Positions 19,053-29,086 of a stretch of 64,000 nucleotides of DNA are shown here, in pieces. The position numbers were made by a program, and so were the translations under genes. The DNA is from Candidatus Woesearchaeota archaeon. GTDB lineage: Archaea > Nanobdellota > Nanobdellia > SCGC-AAA011-G17 > GW2011-AR18. Position 1 is the stretch's first letter. Each line of letters starts with the position of its first letter. The stretch covers positions 9,202-73,201 of the forward strand of contig JACPCE010000001.1 in assembly GCA_016179945.1 (NCBI GenBank), given 5' to 3'. The notes under the pieces are model-generated. The model was not told the origin of the DNA and made no database searches. It saw only the letters and a list, made by a program, of their open reading frames with translations.

Positions 19053-19778
19053 ATGTTAATAGTAAAAAACCTTAGAAAAAAGTACAAAGATTTTCTAGCA
19101 TTAAAAGGAATAAGTTATGAAATAAAAGAAGGTGAAATATTTGGAATTCTTGGGCCAAACGGCGCTGGCAAATCCACAATGATAAAAATCCTCACTTGTT
19201 TCCATAAGCCTACTTCAGGAACTGTAGAAATAAATAAAATATCAATTAAAGAAAAGGATAAAATTAAACAATTGATCGGCTGGGTTCCTCAGGAGGAGAC
19301 ATTTTATACAAATTTAACTGTAAAAGAAAACATAGAATATTTCGGATCATTATATAACATTTCAAGAAAAGAAATAAAATCAAGATCTGAAGAAATATTA
19401 AAATTATTGCAAATAGAAAACAAAACAAACTCTCTCGCAGGATCTTTATCAGGAGGTATGAAAAGAAGGCTTAGCTTAGCTATAGCATTGATACATAATC
19501 CAAAAATTATTTACTTAGACGAACCAACAGCAGGAGTAGATCCAGTTTCAAGAAGAGCATTATGGGAAATAATAAAAAAAATAAAACAAAAAAATATCAC
19601 AATATTATTCTGTACTCATTACTTGGATGAAGCTGAATTATTATGTGATAGAATTGCAATATTAAGATCTGGTGAAATTATAGCAATAGATACGCCGGCA
19701 AAATTGAAGAAAAAATATAAAACACTTGAAGAAGCATTCATAAAGTTGGTTAAATATGAAAATAGAAAAACTAGTTAA
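19053..19778 (+). CDS. ABC-2 type transporter ATP-binding protein
   Basis: GPNGAGKST, LSGGMKRR, LDEPTAGVD, THYLDEA. Confidence 0.95.
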   Translation: MLIVKNLRKKYKDFLALKGISYEIKEGEIFGILGPNGAGKSTMIKILTCFHKPTSGTVEINKISIKEKDKIKQLIGWVPQEETFYTNLTVKENIEYFGSLYNISRKEIKSRSEEILKLLQIENKTNSLAGSLSGGMKRRLSLAIALIHNPKIIYLDEPTAGVDPVSRRALWEIIKKIKQKNITILFCTHYLDEAELLCDRIAILRSGEIIAIDTPAKLKKKYKTLEEAFIKLVKYENRKTS

Positions 19779-21417
19779 AAAAGATTTGAAATTATTCAGT
19801 AGAGATACAAAAACTCTTACTCTTATAATAATTGCTCCAGTAATTATTCTTGTTATTTTAGGAAATGTATTTGGACAAACAACAAGTGCAAAATCATTAG
19901 CAGGTTTAAAACTAGGCCTGTGCAATCTAGATGAAGAATACAAAGAAATAAGCATACCATTGTTTACAATTGAGGATTTAGGCAAAGAGTGCCAAGAAAA
20001 AGCAGAAGACTTGGTAAATGAAGGAAAAATAAGGGCTTCATTATTTATTCCAAAGAATTTTACAAAAAACATCAGAGAAGGATATGGTAGTGAAATAATT
20101 TTGTATGTAGATAATTCTAAGACCCAGACAGCAGTTATGGCCAGTGAATCTATAAAAGCATTGGTTCAAAAATTAAATGAAGATATTGGAACAGACTTTA
20201 TAAGGGGCGCATGGGATAAATTAAGCGATCTTAATAAAAAACTAAAATTTGTAGTAAAAGAAGCAGAATATACAAAAAACCAGACCATCGATATACAAGA
20301 GAAAGTTGCAAATTTACAAAATAATCTAAAAAATATAAGCACTGAAGGTATTGAAAAACAGGTAATAGAAATAAATAAATCTTTAGGTGAATTATCAAAT
20401 ACACAAATAAACATAACTCCTGAAATAAATAACATTACAAAATCGCTGAAAGAAATACACAATACAAACTGCCAGGGAAACATATCTCAAGATCAGTGTT
20501 TAACAATAAACAGCACAATAAACAAGCTAGATATAATAAATGAGAATATTGCAGACAAGGAAAATAAAATCAATCTGGTTCTAAAAAAAATAGATTCAAC
20601 ACAGTTAAATGCAACAGCAGTAAAAATAAATGAGACAAAAACAACAATAAATAAAGAACTAAAAAACATAAATGAAACTTTTTTTAATTATACAAATAAT
20701 TTGATTGAAATTGTTGATGAATTAAATGCAACAACCCAGCTTCTAGATACGTACACATCCAGAGATCCAAAAAACATAGTAAGGGCAGTAACACTAAATG
20801 AAGAAAAAGTATTTGGGGAAAGAACTTACTTTGAGTTTTTGGCTCCTGGAATAATATTGGTTCTTTTATTATTCACAATAATTCTAGTTTCATCATCAAA
20901 TATCGTAAATGAAAGAAAAACAGGTACTTTGGCAAGAACATTGTTAAGCCCAACATCAATACCAACATTTCTTTTGTCAAAAATAATATTCTTTACAATT
21001 ATATGTTTCATAGAAATTATAGTAATGATTATAGTAACAAGGTTATTTGGAGTAAAAATACCGATTAATCTGCAAATTATATTAATTTTCCTTGTATCAA
21101 GTATAAACTTTATAGTTATAGGTTTAATTTTAGGATCTTTATCAAATTCAGAAAATGCTGCATTATTAAGTTCATTAGTAATAGCACTTCCAATGTTTTT
21201 CTTAAGCAATTTGTTTTTCCCATTTGAGATAATGCCAAAATTCATGAAATCAGTAGGTTCTAATCTTCCACTAACATTGAGTATAAATAACATAGATAAA
21301 ATAATCACATACTCAACAAGCATAGAACTATCAGAAGTATTAAAATTAATAATTATTTTCATAGTATTAAGTATATTAACACACCTAATAATTAAAAGAA
21401 AACCAACAGCAGATTGA
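19756..21417 (+). CDS. ABC-2 type permease with large extracellular coiled-coil loop
   Basis: N-terminal TM, ERKTGTLARTLLSP, FFPFEIMP, C-terminal TM bundle. Confidence 0.88.
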   Translation: MKIEKLVKKDLKLFSRDTKTLTLIIIAPVIILVILGNVFGQTTSAKSLAGLKLGLCNLDEEYKEISIPLFTIEDLGKECQEKAEDLVNEGKIRASLFIPKNFTKNIREGYGSEIILYVDNSKTQTAVMASESIKALVQKLNEDIGTDFIRGAWDKLSDLNKKLKFVVKEAEYTKNQTIDIQEKVANLQNNLKNISTEGIEKQVIEINKSLGELSNTQINITPEINNITKSLKEIHNTNCQGNISQDQCLTINSTINKLDIINENIADKENKINLVLKKIDSTQLNATAVKINETKTTINKELKNINETFFNYTNNLIEIVDELNATTQLLDTYTSRDPKNIVRAVTLNEEKVFGERTYFEFLAPGIILVLLLFTIILVSSSNIVNERKTGTLARTLLSPTSIPTFLLSKIIFFTIICFIEIIVMIIVTRLFGVKIPINLQIILIFLVSSINFIVIGLILGSLSNSENAALLSSLVIALPMFFLSNLFFPFEIMPKFMKSVGSNLPLTLSINNIDKIITYSTSIELSEVLKLIIIFIVLSILTHLIIKRKPTAD

Positions 21418-21473
21418 AAATTTTTCAGAAATTCTTGATAAACCTTTTTTAATGTAGTAAACAAAAAATATTT

Positions 21474-22466
21474 ATGAAAAAAATAATCGTTTTATTTTTG
21501 ATCTTAAGTATATTGCCCATAGTATATGCGCATGAAACATGCAACCAGACAAATTCTTCAATTGAAACACTTCCAGAAGGCTATTGTAATGTAGAACTTA
21601 AACTAGAAACAGATAAAGATGAATACAAAAACGGAGAAAAAATAATAATATACAATCAATTAACAAACAAAAGCTATAATTTTACAATAGATTATTGGAT
21701 TGAAGATGATAAGGGAATTGTAATAAAGGAAAAAGTATCAACAGCAAATACAAATAACAAGCAATACACAATAAAACTAAATGAAAGCACAAATATAACA
21801 ATAAAAAACAACTTAAGTTATATTGATTGTATAAATATTAATAACAAAACAAAAAATGAATTAAATTTAAAAGTTTTTGTAGAAAAAGACCCGCAGCCAC
21901 AGTTAACTATAGAAAAAATTTATATTAACAGAACGAAAACAATAAACATAGGAGATAATTTAACTGCAACAATTAAAGTTTACTCAGGCAATAACACAAA
22001 TTACACAATAAAAATATATATAGAAAACTTAACAGAAACCAAAGAATACAAGATATTAGAAAATTTTAGCTATAATATAACAAATACAACAACAGAAATA
22101 CCTTATGATTGCAATATAAAAACAGGAAATTATAATTTCGTAGTTGAATCTAATGATATTTCACTAATGCAAAATTTTACAATCATCAATATATGTGAAA
22201 GCAACTTAACTATTAGAGAAATAAATGAGTCAAGTAACAGCACTTATGAATCAAATTCATCCGAAAGCATTATAAATGTTGTTGGAAACACATTAACTGG
22301 TAGAACAATTTATGAATCTGCAAATGTAAAAGCAAAAGACATAGCAGTTTATTTATTCATGGTTGTTCTTGCTGCAATTACAATACTTATAATTATATCA
22401 AATAAAAACACAGATAAATCACTAAAAAAATCAACAGAAAAATGGTCTTCACAATTAGAGCAATAA
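21474..22466 (+). CDS. Secreted, C-terminally anchored N-glycosylation-rich surface protein
   Basis: Signal peptide, many NxS/T sequons, C-terminal TM helix. Confidence 0.7.
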   Translation: MKKIIVLFLILSILPIVYAHETCNQTNSSIETLPEGYCNVELKLETDKDEYKNGEKIIIYNQLTNKSYNFTIDYWIEDDKGIVIKEKVSTANTNNKQYTIKLNESTNITIKNNLSYIDCININNKTKNELNLKVFVEKDPQPQLTIEKIYINRTKTINIGDNLTATIKVYSGNNTNYTIKIYIENLTETKEYKILENFSYNITNTTTEIPYDCNIKTGNYNFVVESNDISLMQNFTIINICESNLTIREINESSNSTYESNSSESIINVVGNTLTGRTIYESANVKAKDIAVYLFMVVLAAITILIIISNKNTDKSLKKSTEKWSSQLEQ

Positions 22467-22852
22467 TAGAAGTTTTGGGTTTCCCAGAAGAGCATGTAAA
22501 AGAAGTAACCCAAAAAGTTGTAGAAAAAATTAAATCAGAAGACAGAATAAATTTAATAAACAGCAAAATTAGCGAGCCAGAAAAAGTCAAGGAAAAGTTC
22601 TTTTCTTGTTTTGCAGAATTAGAAATGAAAATTCATGACTTCAGTAAACTACTTGGATTTTGTTTTGATTACCTGCCTTCATCATTGGAAATATTAGACA
22701 CAGAGAAAATAACAATTCCAGCAAGAGAATTTCACTTGGCAATAAGCGAAATACTTGATATTCTTCACAATTATAATATTACAGTAAACAATCTATCGGC
22801 CAGATTAAAACATTTAGAAAAAAATGAAGTAACTAAGACTGACGCTTCCTGA
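22442..22852 (+). CDS. Conserved archaeal hypothetical protein
   Basis: IIEVLGFPEEHV, FSCFAELE, FDYLPSSLEI pattern. Confidence 0.6.
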   Translation: MVFTIRAIIEVLGFPEEHVKEVTQKVVEKIKSEDRINLINSKISEPEKVKEKFFSCFAELEMKIHDFSKLLGFCFDYLPSSLEILDTEKITIPAREFHLAISEILDILHNYNITVNNLSARLKHLEKNEVTKTDAS

Positions 22853-24164
22853 CGCTTTCAACAAAAGTTTCAAATTGTTCTTTCTTTCCTCTAGTTTTCT
22901 TGTACACAAAATAAATTACAAACAAAAAAACAAAAATAATGACTGAAAAAATAATCCAAATAGTAAAATTAGTTTCTTCTTCAGCCTTAATTAGATGAGA
23001 AACATTAGTAACAGGAACATTACTCACATTTGTAATATTAGAAATAATCTTCTTAATAGCAGAACCACTGACTATAACATTTATCTGTATAGAAATATTT
23101 AGCCCTTCTACACTTTTTATATTTAAAAAACCGCTATAGTCGCCTGGAACAAATTCATAACTGTCATTCAGGCCTAATAAAATAAAACTACTAGCATTAT
23201 CGCTTAAAGAACCAATAGCAACAGGCTCTAAATTAAACATACTTATAATATTTCCAGTGAAGGAAGATCTTAACCCATGCAAATCAACTCCAGCATTATT
23301 GTTAACAACTATCTGTCCTGGTGGATAATATTCGCCCACCATCACATCCACGTCTAAATTATTGATTGGTTTGCCTGACAAAGTCGTCAAATACAAACCG
23401 CTGTAATTAACTTCATAAAAAGATTTGTTAGTTTGTATTATGTTTGCCTCTGGTTTCTTTTGTTCAATAAAACCACTCCTGAAAACGAAAAAAGGAATAA
23501 CATAATTATTAGAAAAATAATCTACTTTAATGCTTCCATTAAAACTAGCTTCATCTTTATTAAATAAAGAAGTTATAATATTGACATTTCTAGTTGAACC
23601 TGGAGCTAAAACAAATTTATTTATATCAAAATCAAAAAACTCTCCTTCCTTAAATAAATTAATATTAACAACATCCATGCCTTTGTTTGTAATAACTAAA
23701 GTGAAAGGCGCTTCTTGCTTTCCAAAAGTATTAAACAAAACATAAGCAGGACGAATGCTGATTATCTGTGTATTTCCATCCGCAACAACTAAACTAGTAA
23801 AAAATTTTCCAATTTTAAAACTACCTTCTTTTATATAATTAACATTAATCAATCCCAAATTGTATTGTCCGGAACTCAAATTAGGTAAATCAAAATAATA
23901 AACATAAAAATTGTCGTTTACTTTTACAATATTTCTTGCAATTGAAATTGAATTATTATTCTGATCAAGCAAAGCAAGATTTGAAGCATCTAAAGGTTTG
24001 TTCAAAGAAATATTAGTTAAAGTAACATCAATTCTAACAGTTTCAAAAGGATTGTAGTTATTACGATGTAAATTAAAAGCTACTTCATCTGAATAAGCAA
24101 AATTTGCAATTAGAAAAACAAACAAAAAAATTACAACAATCCTTGAAATAATTTTATAAAACAT
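22833..24164 (-). CDS. Secreted Ig-like-domain surface protein with C-terminal anchor
   Basis: Signal peptide, beta-rich domains (LVITNKG), C-terminal TM plus basic tail. Confidence 0.7.
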   Translation of the reverse strand: MFYKIISRIVVIFLFVFLIANFAYSDEVAFNLHRNNYNPFETVRIDVTLTNISLNKPLDASNLALLDQNNNSISIARNIVKVNDNFYVYYFDLPNLSSGQYNLGLINVNYIKEGSFKIGKFFTSLVVADGNTQIISIRPAYVLFNTFGKQEAPFTLVITNKGMDVVNINLFKEGEFFDFDINKFVLAPGSTRNVNIITSLFNKDEASFNGSIKVDYFSNNYVIPFFVFRSGFIEQKKPEANIIQTNKSFYEVNYSGLYLTTLSGKPINNLDVDVMVGEYYPPGQIVVNNNAGVDLHGLRSSFTGNIISMFNLEPVAIGSLSDNASSFILLGLNDSYEFVPGDYSGFLNIKSVEGLNISIQINVIVSGSAIKKIISNITNVSNVPVTNVSHLIKAEEETNFTIWIIFSVIIFVFLFVIYFVYKKTRGKKEQFETFVESVRKRQS

Positions 24165-24171
24165 ACCATAA

Positions 24172-25968
24172 CTAACCTTTAAGTAATTTTTCAGCCTCTC
24201 TCATAGATTTTTCTAGTTCTTCCTCTTCTTTTGATTTTGCTTTTGCCATTGGCTTTGCTGGCTGAGTAGATTTTTGGACAGGTCTAGCTTGTGTAAGAGG
24301 TCTTTGTGGCTGAATAGGTTTAAACTCAGCCTGTCTCCTAAAATCCTCAAAAGAAGGCCCTTTTGGTTTTTTCTTAAATAAATTCTTTAAATCTATTTTT
24401 CCAGTTTTAACATATTTAACATAGAAGAAATAACCTCCGCCTATTAAAACCAAAATTATAATCAACCATAGCCACCACAAACTTCCTTCTTCTTCCTCAG
24501 TTACTTCAGGTTCTGTTTTTTCTTGAGGTTCTTCCTTTGCTGGCTCAGTAATATCATCTTCCTTAATTTCTTCTTCGCATGCTTGTGGACAGCTTCCTCC
24601 GCAATCTATTCCATTTTCATCTCCATCCTTGATATTATTAACGCACTGGCAGACAGGATCGCTCAAACATTCTTTCTCAGCACAATCATCAGCACCATCA
24701 TGATCATCATCAACACCATTTCCACAAACCTCAACGTCACTGATAGGAACAGTGCCTCCACTTACTACAAATCTAGATAACTCACCGCCATGTAAAGCAA
24801 TCAAAGCCCAAGATGTGGACTCAACATTACTATTCCAGCTTCCATCTTTTCCCACTTTAGTAACTAAATAAGAAATGCCTTTAGCCACAGAATCAGACTT
24901 GTCACTTCCTGTTAAACCAAAACTAGCAATCGAAGTTGTAGTTATATCTCCTCCCCAGCTTCCATCAGTCAATCTTTGTAATTTAACTAAGCCAGAAATA
25001 AAAGAAGGGCCAGAACTTCCTGATTTTATTAAAATACGATTCAATAAACCTAAAGCGATAGGATCATTACTTTTAGTTATTGCCTGATTCTCAAGGTATA
25101 TGTGTGTTCCTATATTCTCCAAAGATAAATCTTGACTTCCAGTAATAGAAGCAATCTCAAGCAAAGCCCAAGTAGCATAAGCAGTACTGTCATAACTGCA
25201 AGAACTGGCAGGAACTTGATTTCCATAACATGCATTAGCAACTTTTAATTGTAAATTAGCTGCAGGATCACTTCTTTGAATAAAAAAAGTATTTGGATTT
25301 GGCTTGTAAATTAATGTTATTATAGAATTTAAACCAGGATCACAACCAACAGTAATCTCAGGCTGTACTGCTGTCTTAAGTGTAGGACTTAATTCATTCA
25401 AGTTTATATAATATTGTCCAGAAGTAAATCCTCCTTTCGCTAATTTAATTTTATCATCTTGTAAGTCAAAAGTTTTGCTTCCTCCTTTGTAAGAAAACTG
25501 GCATGAACCGTTTGCATTAGCTCCTGATTTAACTACAACCCACCATTCACCAGTACTTAATGCAGGTATTTTAGCATTTTTTAACCAAGCAACTTCTTTA
25601 GTAACGTCCTGTCCTGCTAAAGCTAAAGCTAAAGCTGCCAAGGCAGTATCTTTAACCTTGCAAGCACCATTTGGCCAGCAGTTATTAATACGATCCTCAG
25701 AGTCCTTCAAGGCTTCAATTAAACCAGCCATTTCACCTTGTGAATTTTGCAGTAAAGAAATTGTAGAAAGTGCTCTTTGATCAACAGAAAAAGTAGCATT
25801 CTTTACTTTAGTATACAACCACCCGTAAGATTTAGCCTGATCATATCCTAATTGAGTAGTTTGAGTAACTGAAGTGTCAGTAGTTGTATCATTTTGGCTA
25901 TAAACAAAAGAAGCAAGAATTAACAAAAGTAGAATTATAAATATAAAGAACCTTTCACCTCTTGCCAT
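24172..25968 (-). CDS. Surface protein with prenyltransferase/squalene-cyclase-like repeats and Cys-rich repeats
   Basis: QRLTDGSWG and KDGSWN repeats, EVCGNGVDDDHDG..DC, DENGIDCGGSC, TM helix. Confidence 0.75.
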   Translation of the reverse strand: MARGERFFIFIILLLLILASFVYSQNDTTTDTSVTQTTQLGYDQAKSYGWLYTKVKNATFSVDQRALSTISLLQNSQGEMAGLIEALKDSEDRINNCWPNGACKVKDTALAALALALAGQDVTKEVAWLKNAKIPALSTGEWWVVVKSGANANGSCQFSYKGGSKTFDLQDDKIKLAKGGFTSGQYYINLNELSPTLKTAVQPEITVGCDPGLNSIITLIYKPNPNTFFIQRSDPAANLQLKVANACYGNQVPASSCSYDSTAYATWALLEIASITGSQDLSLENIGTHIYLENQAITKSNDPIALGLLNRILIKSGSSGPSFISGLVKLQRLTDGSWGGDITTTSIASFGLTGSDKSDSVAKGISYLVTKVGKDGSWNSNVESTSWALIALHGGELSRFVVSGGTVPISDVEVCGNGVDDDHDGADDCAEKECLSDPVCQCVNNIKDGDENGIDCGGSCPQACEEEIKEDDITEPAKEEPQEKTEPEVTEEEEGSLWWLWLIIILVLIGGGYFFYVKYVKTGKIDLKNLFKKKPKGPSFEDFRRQAEFKPIQPQRPLTQARPVQKSTQPAKPMAKAKSKEEEELEKSMREAEKLLKG

Positions 25969-25985
25969 GAATTTATTCAGAACAA

Positions 25986-26516
25986 TTGGTTTATAAATAT
26001 TTCTATCAACTTATGCTTATGCTGCCTAAAAAGCTCTTAAAATACAATCCACAAATATTTGCAAAAGGAAAAAGGGGTTTAATTTACACTTTTAAGAAAA
26101 ATAACAAATTATATGCAGTAAAAATTAAAAATCCGGAATCAAAAGCAGAAAACAGAATACAAAACGAAATTAATTTTTTAAAAATCTTAAATAAATATAA
26201 AATTGGACCAAAAATAATAGAGTTTAATGAAGGTTATTTTTATTATGAATTTATTGAAGGAAAAACATTAAAAGAATTTCTTAAAGTAAATAAAAATCCT
26301 GAAAAAATTTTTGGAGAAATAATAAGGCAGTGTAAAATTCTTGATAATTTAAAAATAAACAAAGAAGAAATGCACAAACCGCTAAAAAATATTATAATAA
26401 AAAATAATAAAGTTATAATGTTAGACTTTGAAAGATGTCATTTTACAGCAAGGCCAAAAAACTTTAACCAATTCAAGCAGTTTTTAAGAAGAACAGATAC
26501 TAATCTCTTACAGTAG
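25986..26516 (+). CDS. Minimal Ser/Thr protein kinase-like protein
   Basis: AKGKRG loop, AVK, NE, YEFIEG, KNII, LDFE; true start may be a downstream ATG. Confidence 0.75.
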   Translation: MVYKYFYQLMLMLPKKLLKYNPQIFAKGKRGLIYTFKKNNKLYAVKIKNPESKAENRIQNEINFLKILNKYKIGPKIIEFNEGYFYYEFIEGKTLKEFLKVNKNPEKIFGEIIRQCKILDNLKINKEEMHKPLKNIIIKNNKVIMLDFERCHFTARPKNFNQFKQFLRRTDTNLLQ

Positions 26517-27468
26517 TAATTTCATAGTTAAAATCATATTTCACACTAGATCTTTTAATTAGTCCCAAAAGAGAAGCCCTACTCAAATCACCTTCAACTT
26601 CCAATAAATATTGGATCCTTTTAGATTTTAAAGGATTAAAAACTTTAACTTTTATACCACAGCCATTACTCCTACCGTAAGTTCTTAGAATGTTTGCAAC
26701 ACAACGCACTACACCAAAACCATCTAAATTTTTAAGGGTTATTTGATAAAATCTATGTGTTTTCAGGTCTTCTTCAAGCCTAAGTGCAGATCCTAAAATT
26801 TTTGATTCTAAAAATTTGCGAAAAAGAACCTCATTATCTGAAGGTCTTTCAAAAGAAGTTTCTAAATTATAACGTCCATTCAATGTTCTTTCTAACAACC
26901 CTATATATAATTCCCTTTCAGAAGGCAAAATAAGGGCCGGAGGATAACTGTGTTCTTCTAGAAAATAAGACTGTAATAATCTAGCAGCTCTGCCATTTCC
27001 ATCAATATAAGGATGAATTCTTACTAATTCTATATGTGCTTCAATAGAACGAGATACAGGATGTAATTGCTCTTTATTGAGAAAAGCAACAAGATCAAGA
27101 ACAAGTCTAGCAATATTTTCATAACCAACAGGAGGAGAAAACGGTCCAAATTGAACAGCAGTATTTCTAAATTGTGGTACTTTATTTATTTCTGGTTCTA
27201 CTAAATTTCCTAGCCTTGCAATTGAAGATAAACTAATGCCTTTACCACAAAGATAATCCCAAGCTGCTTTTAAATTCCGTAGATCTGCCCTCAACTTATT
27301 TTTTGTTCCCTTGCTATTACTAAGATCCAATTCCATAGAAACAGAGTGTCTAGATGCCTCACATAACAAAGTATTATAACCCTTATATCTAAGTTTTCTA
27401 GAATATTCTGGATGTGAATTTATTCTTTCTACGGTTTCATCTATCCTGCTTATCATATCTCTTGTCAT
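26500..27468 (-). CDS. Fic-domain protein (AMPylase-type)
   Basis: Fic motif HPYIDGNGRAAR; N-terminal SVSME resembles the (S/T)xxxE inhibitory helix. Confidence 0.92.
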   Translation of the reverse strand: MTRDMISRIDETVERINSHPEYSRKLRYKGYNTLLCEASRHSVSMELDLSNSKGTKNKLRADLRNLKAAWDYLCGKGISLSSIARLGNLVEPEINKVPQFRNTAVQFGPFSPPVGYENIARLVLDLVAFLNKEQLHPVSRSIEAHIELVRIHPYIDGNGRAARLLQSYFLEEHSYPPALILPSERELYIGLLERTLNGRYNLETSFERPSDNEVLFRKFLESKILGSALRLEEDLKTHRFYQITLKNLDGFGVVRCVANILRTYGRSNGCGIKVKVFNPLKSKRIQYLLEVEGDLSRASLLGLIKRSSVKYDFNYEITTVRD

Positions 27469-27604
27469 ATTTAATCTATTTTTATGCTAAATAATTATAA
27501 TTACTAATAAGTAGTACCTATTTAAGATTTTTGTAAATATTATAACAGTAATTTCACCCCTATTTAATAACAACATTTATATAGTTTTAAATGTATTTAT
27601 TCTT

Positions 27605-29083
27605 ATGAACCAATTACAAGACAAGTTAAAAGGAATGTATATTGGAGCAATATTAGGTGATGCTCTTGGCAGACCTATAGAATTTCTAGATAGGTGTACT
27701 ATAAGAAGAAAATTTGGTTCTGCTAAAAGTTATATTAGAAGATTTAGGGATATAGATAAAAATAAAACAAGTGATGAAACATCACTTTTAGTTAATAGTA
27801 TAGGTTATTTTAACAATCCAGAAGAAAGTTACCAAGCACATTTAGGAAGATTAGCAGAAAGGGGTGAAGATTATTTAAGAGAAAGAGGGTTTTCAGCAAA
27901 AATGAGGGCATTAATACATCATTATAGAGAACACCCAAGAGAACAAAACCCCCACACAGATAATACTGGAAGTGGGTTTGTTCCAATGTGTTTGCCACTA
28001 ATAGCACAAACAAACTCGATAATAGCACAAACAAACTCGATAGAAAATTTAACTGCAGATTTATATACAATAATGGATTTAACCCATAGAGAAGCTGATA
28101 AATTATGGGCTTCTCACTACTTTAGAGCTTTATTTGCAACACTTAAAGAAGAATCTATATTTACAGCCATGGGTAAGCCAGGTTTAGAAGAATTATCTCG
28201 TCAGAAAGAACTAAGACTTGTTTTATCAGGAAACATCGAAGCAACGCCAAAAAAAATAGATGGATCAGCAAATAATATATTACCTACAGCACTAAGTCTA
28301 TATGTTGCTTCTGGTTGTGATTTTTACAAAATGTTAGATTTGTCTTTCTCTCAATTTGATACTGCAGATTATGATACATTATTTTTCTGTGTTGGCGCCT
28401 TAATAGGGGCAAGCAGAGGATACAAAGGTTTACCAAGAGATTTATTAGACAAAATTGAAGGTGAAATTGATGTTAATGGAATTGATGTTTATGTAAGGAA
28501 AAGTAGTTTAACTAAAGAAAATATAATTACATCAGAGAGAACAAAAAAACTTCAAATGTTACTTTCTAATGAAGATATTCTTGAAGAAGAACCAACAGAA
28601 TTAATCGAAGTCATTCCAGAATTGAGCCTAGAAAGAAGTTATAATTCAAGACAGCCAAGACATTGCTACGATTTATTAGAACATACATTAAGAACAGTTC
28701 AAGCAATACCAAAAGAAGATTATGTTTTAAGATTAGCTGCACTACTTCATGATGTCGCTAAACCATTCGTACGTGGAGAAAAAGAAGGTCGTGTTCATTA
28801 TCATAATCATGCAAAATGTGGCGCCAGAATGAGTTACAACATACTAAGTCGCTTAGGTTTCCCAGAAGAAGAAAAAGAAGTTGTCTGCAAACTAATAGAA
28901 GAACATATAATTAATTATAATAAAAACTGGTCTGATGCTGCAGTTAGGCGTTTTGTAAAAAGAAATTGTGATATTTTAGAAAAACTTTTTAGATTAGTAA
29001 AAGCTGATAACTCAGCCCAATTAAAAGACCCAAGAAGAGGGTATGACGAACTCACAGAAAGAATTGCAAGTTTAAGTAGTTGA
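27605..29083 (+). CDS. ADP-ribosylglycohydrolase fused to HD phosphohydrolase domain
   Basis: GAILGDALGRPIEF, DYDT, GALIGA (ARH); EHTLR..LRLAALLHDVAKP..H (HD of CCA-enzyme type). Confidence 0.82.
   Translation: MNQLQDKLKGMYIGAILGDALGRPIEFLDRCTIRRKFGSAKSYIRRFRDIDKNKTSDETSLLVNSIGYFNNPEESYQAHLGRLAERGEDYLRERGFSAKMRALIHHYREHPREQNPHTDNTGSGFVPMCLPLIAQTNSIIAQTNSIENLTADLYTIMDLTHREADKLWASHYFRALFATLKEESIFTAMGKPGLEELSRQKELRLVLSGNIEATPKKIDGSANNILPTALSLYVASGCDFYKMLDLSFSQFDTADYDTLFFCVGALIGASRGYKGLPRDLLDKIEGEIDVNGIDVYVRKSSLTKENIITSERTKKLQMLLSNEDILEEEPTELIEVIPELSLERSYNSRQPRHCYDLLEHTLRTVQAIPKEDYVLRLAALLHDVAKPFVRGEKEGRVHYHNHAKCGARMSYNILSRLGFPEEEKEVVCKLIEEHIINYNKNWSDAAVRRFVKRNCDILEKLFRLVKADNSAQLKDPRRGYDELTERIASLSS
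28000..28041 (+). repeat. Perfect 21-bp in-frame tandem duplication
   Basis: AATAGCACAAACAAACTCGAT x2 (IAQTNSI repeat). Confidence 0.9.
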
Positions 29084-29086
29084 TTG

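Noticed and set aside
17178-21464. Long antisense ORFs (17178-17897, 19662-20072, 20826-21464) and similar shadow ORFs over valS, primase and r-proteins
   Set aside because: They lie opposite well-supported genes; expected from codon bias in AT-rich DNA.
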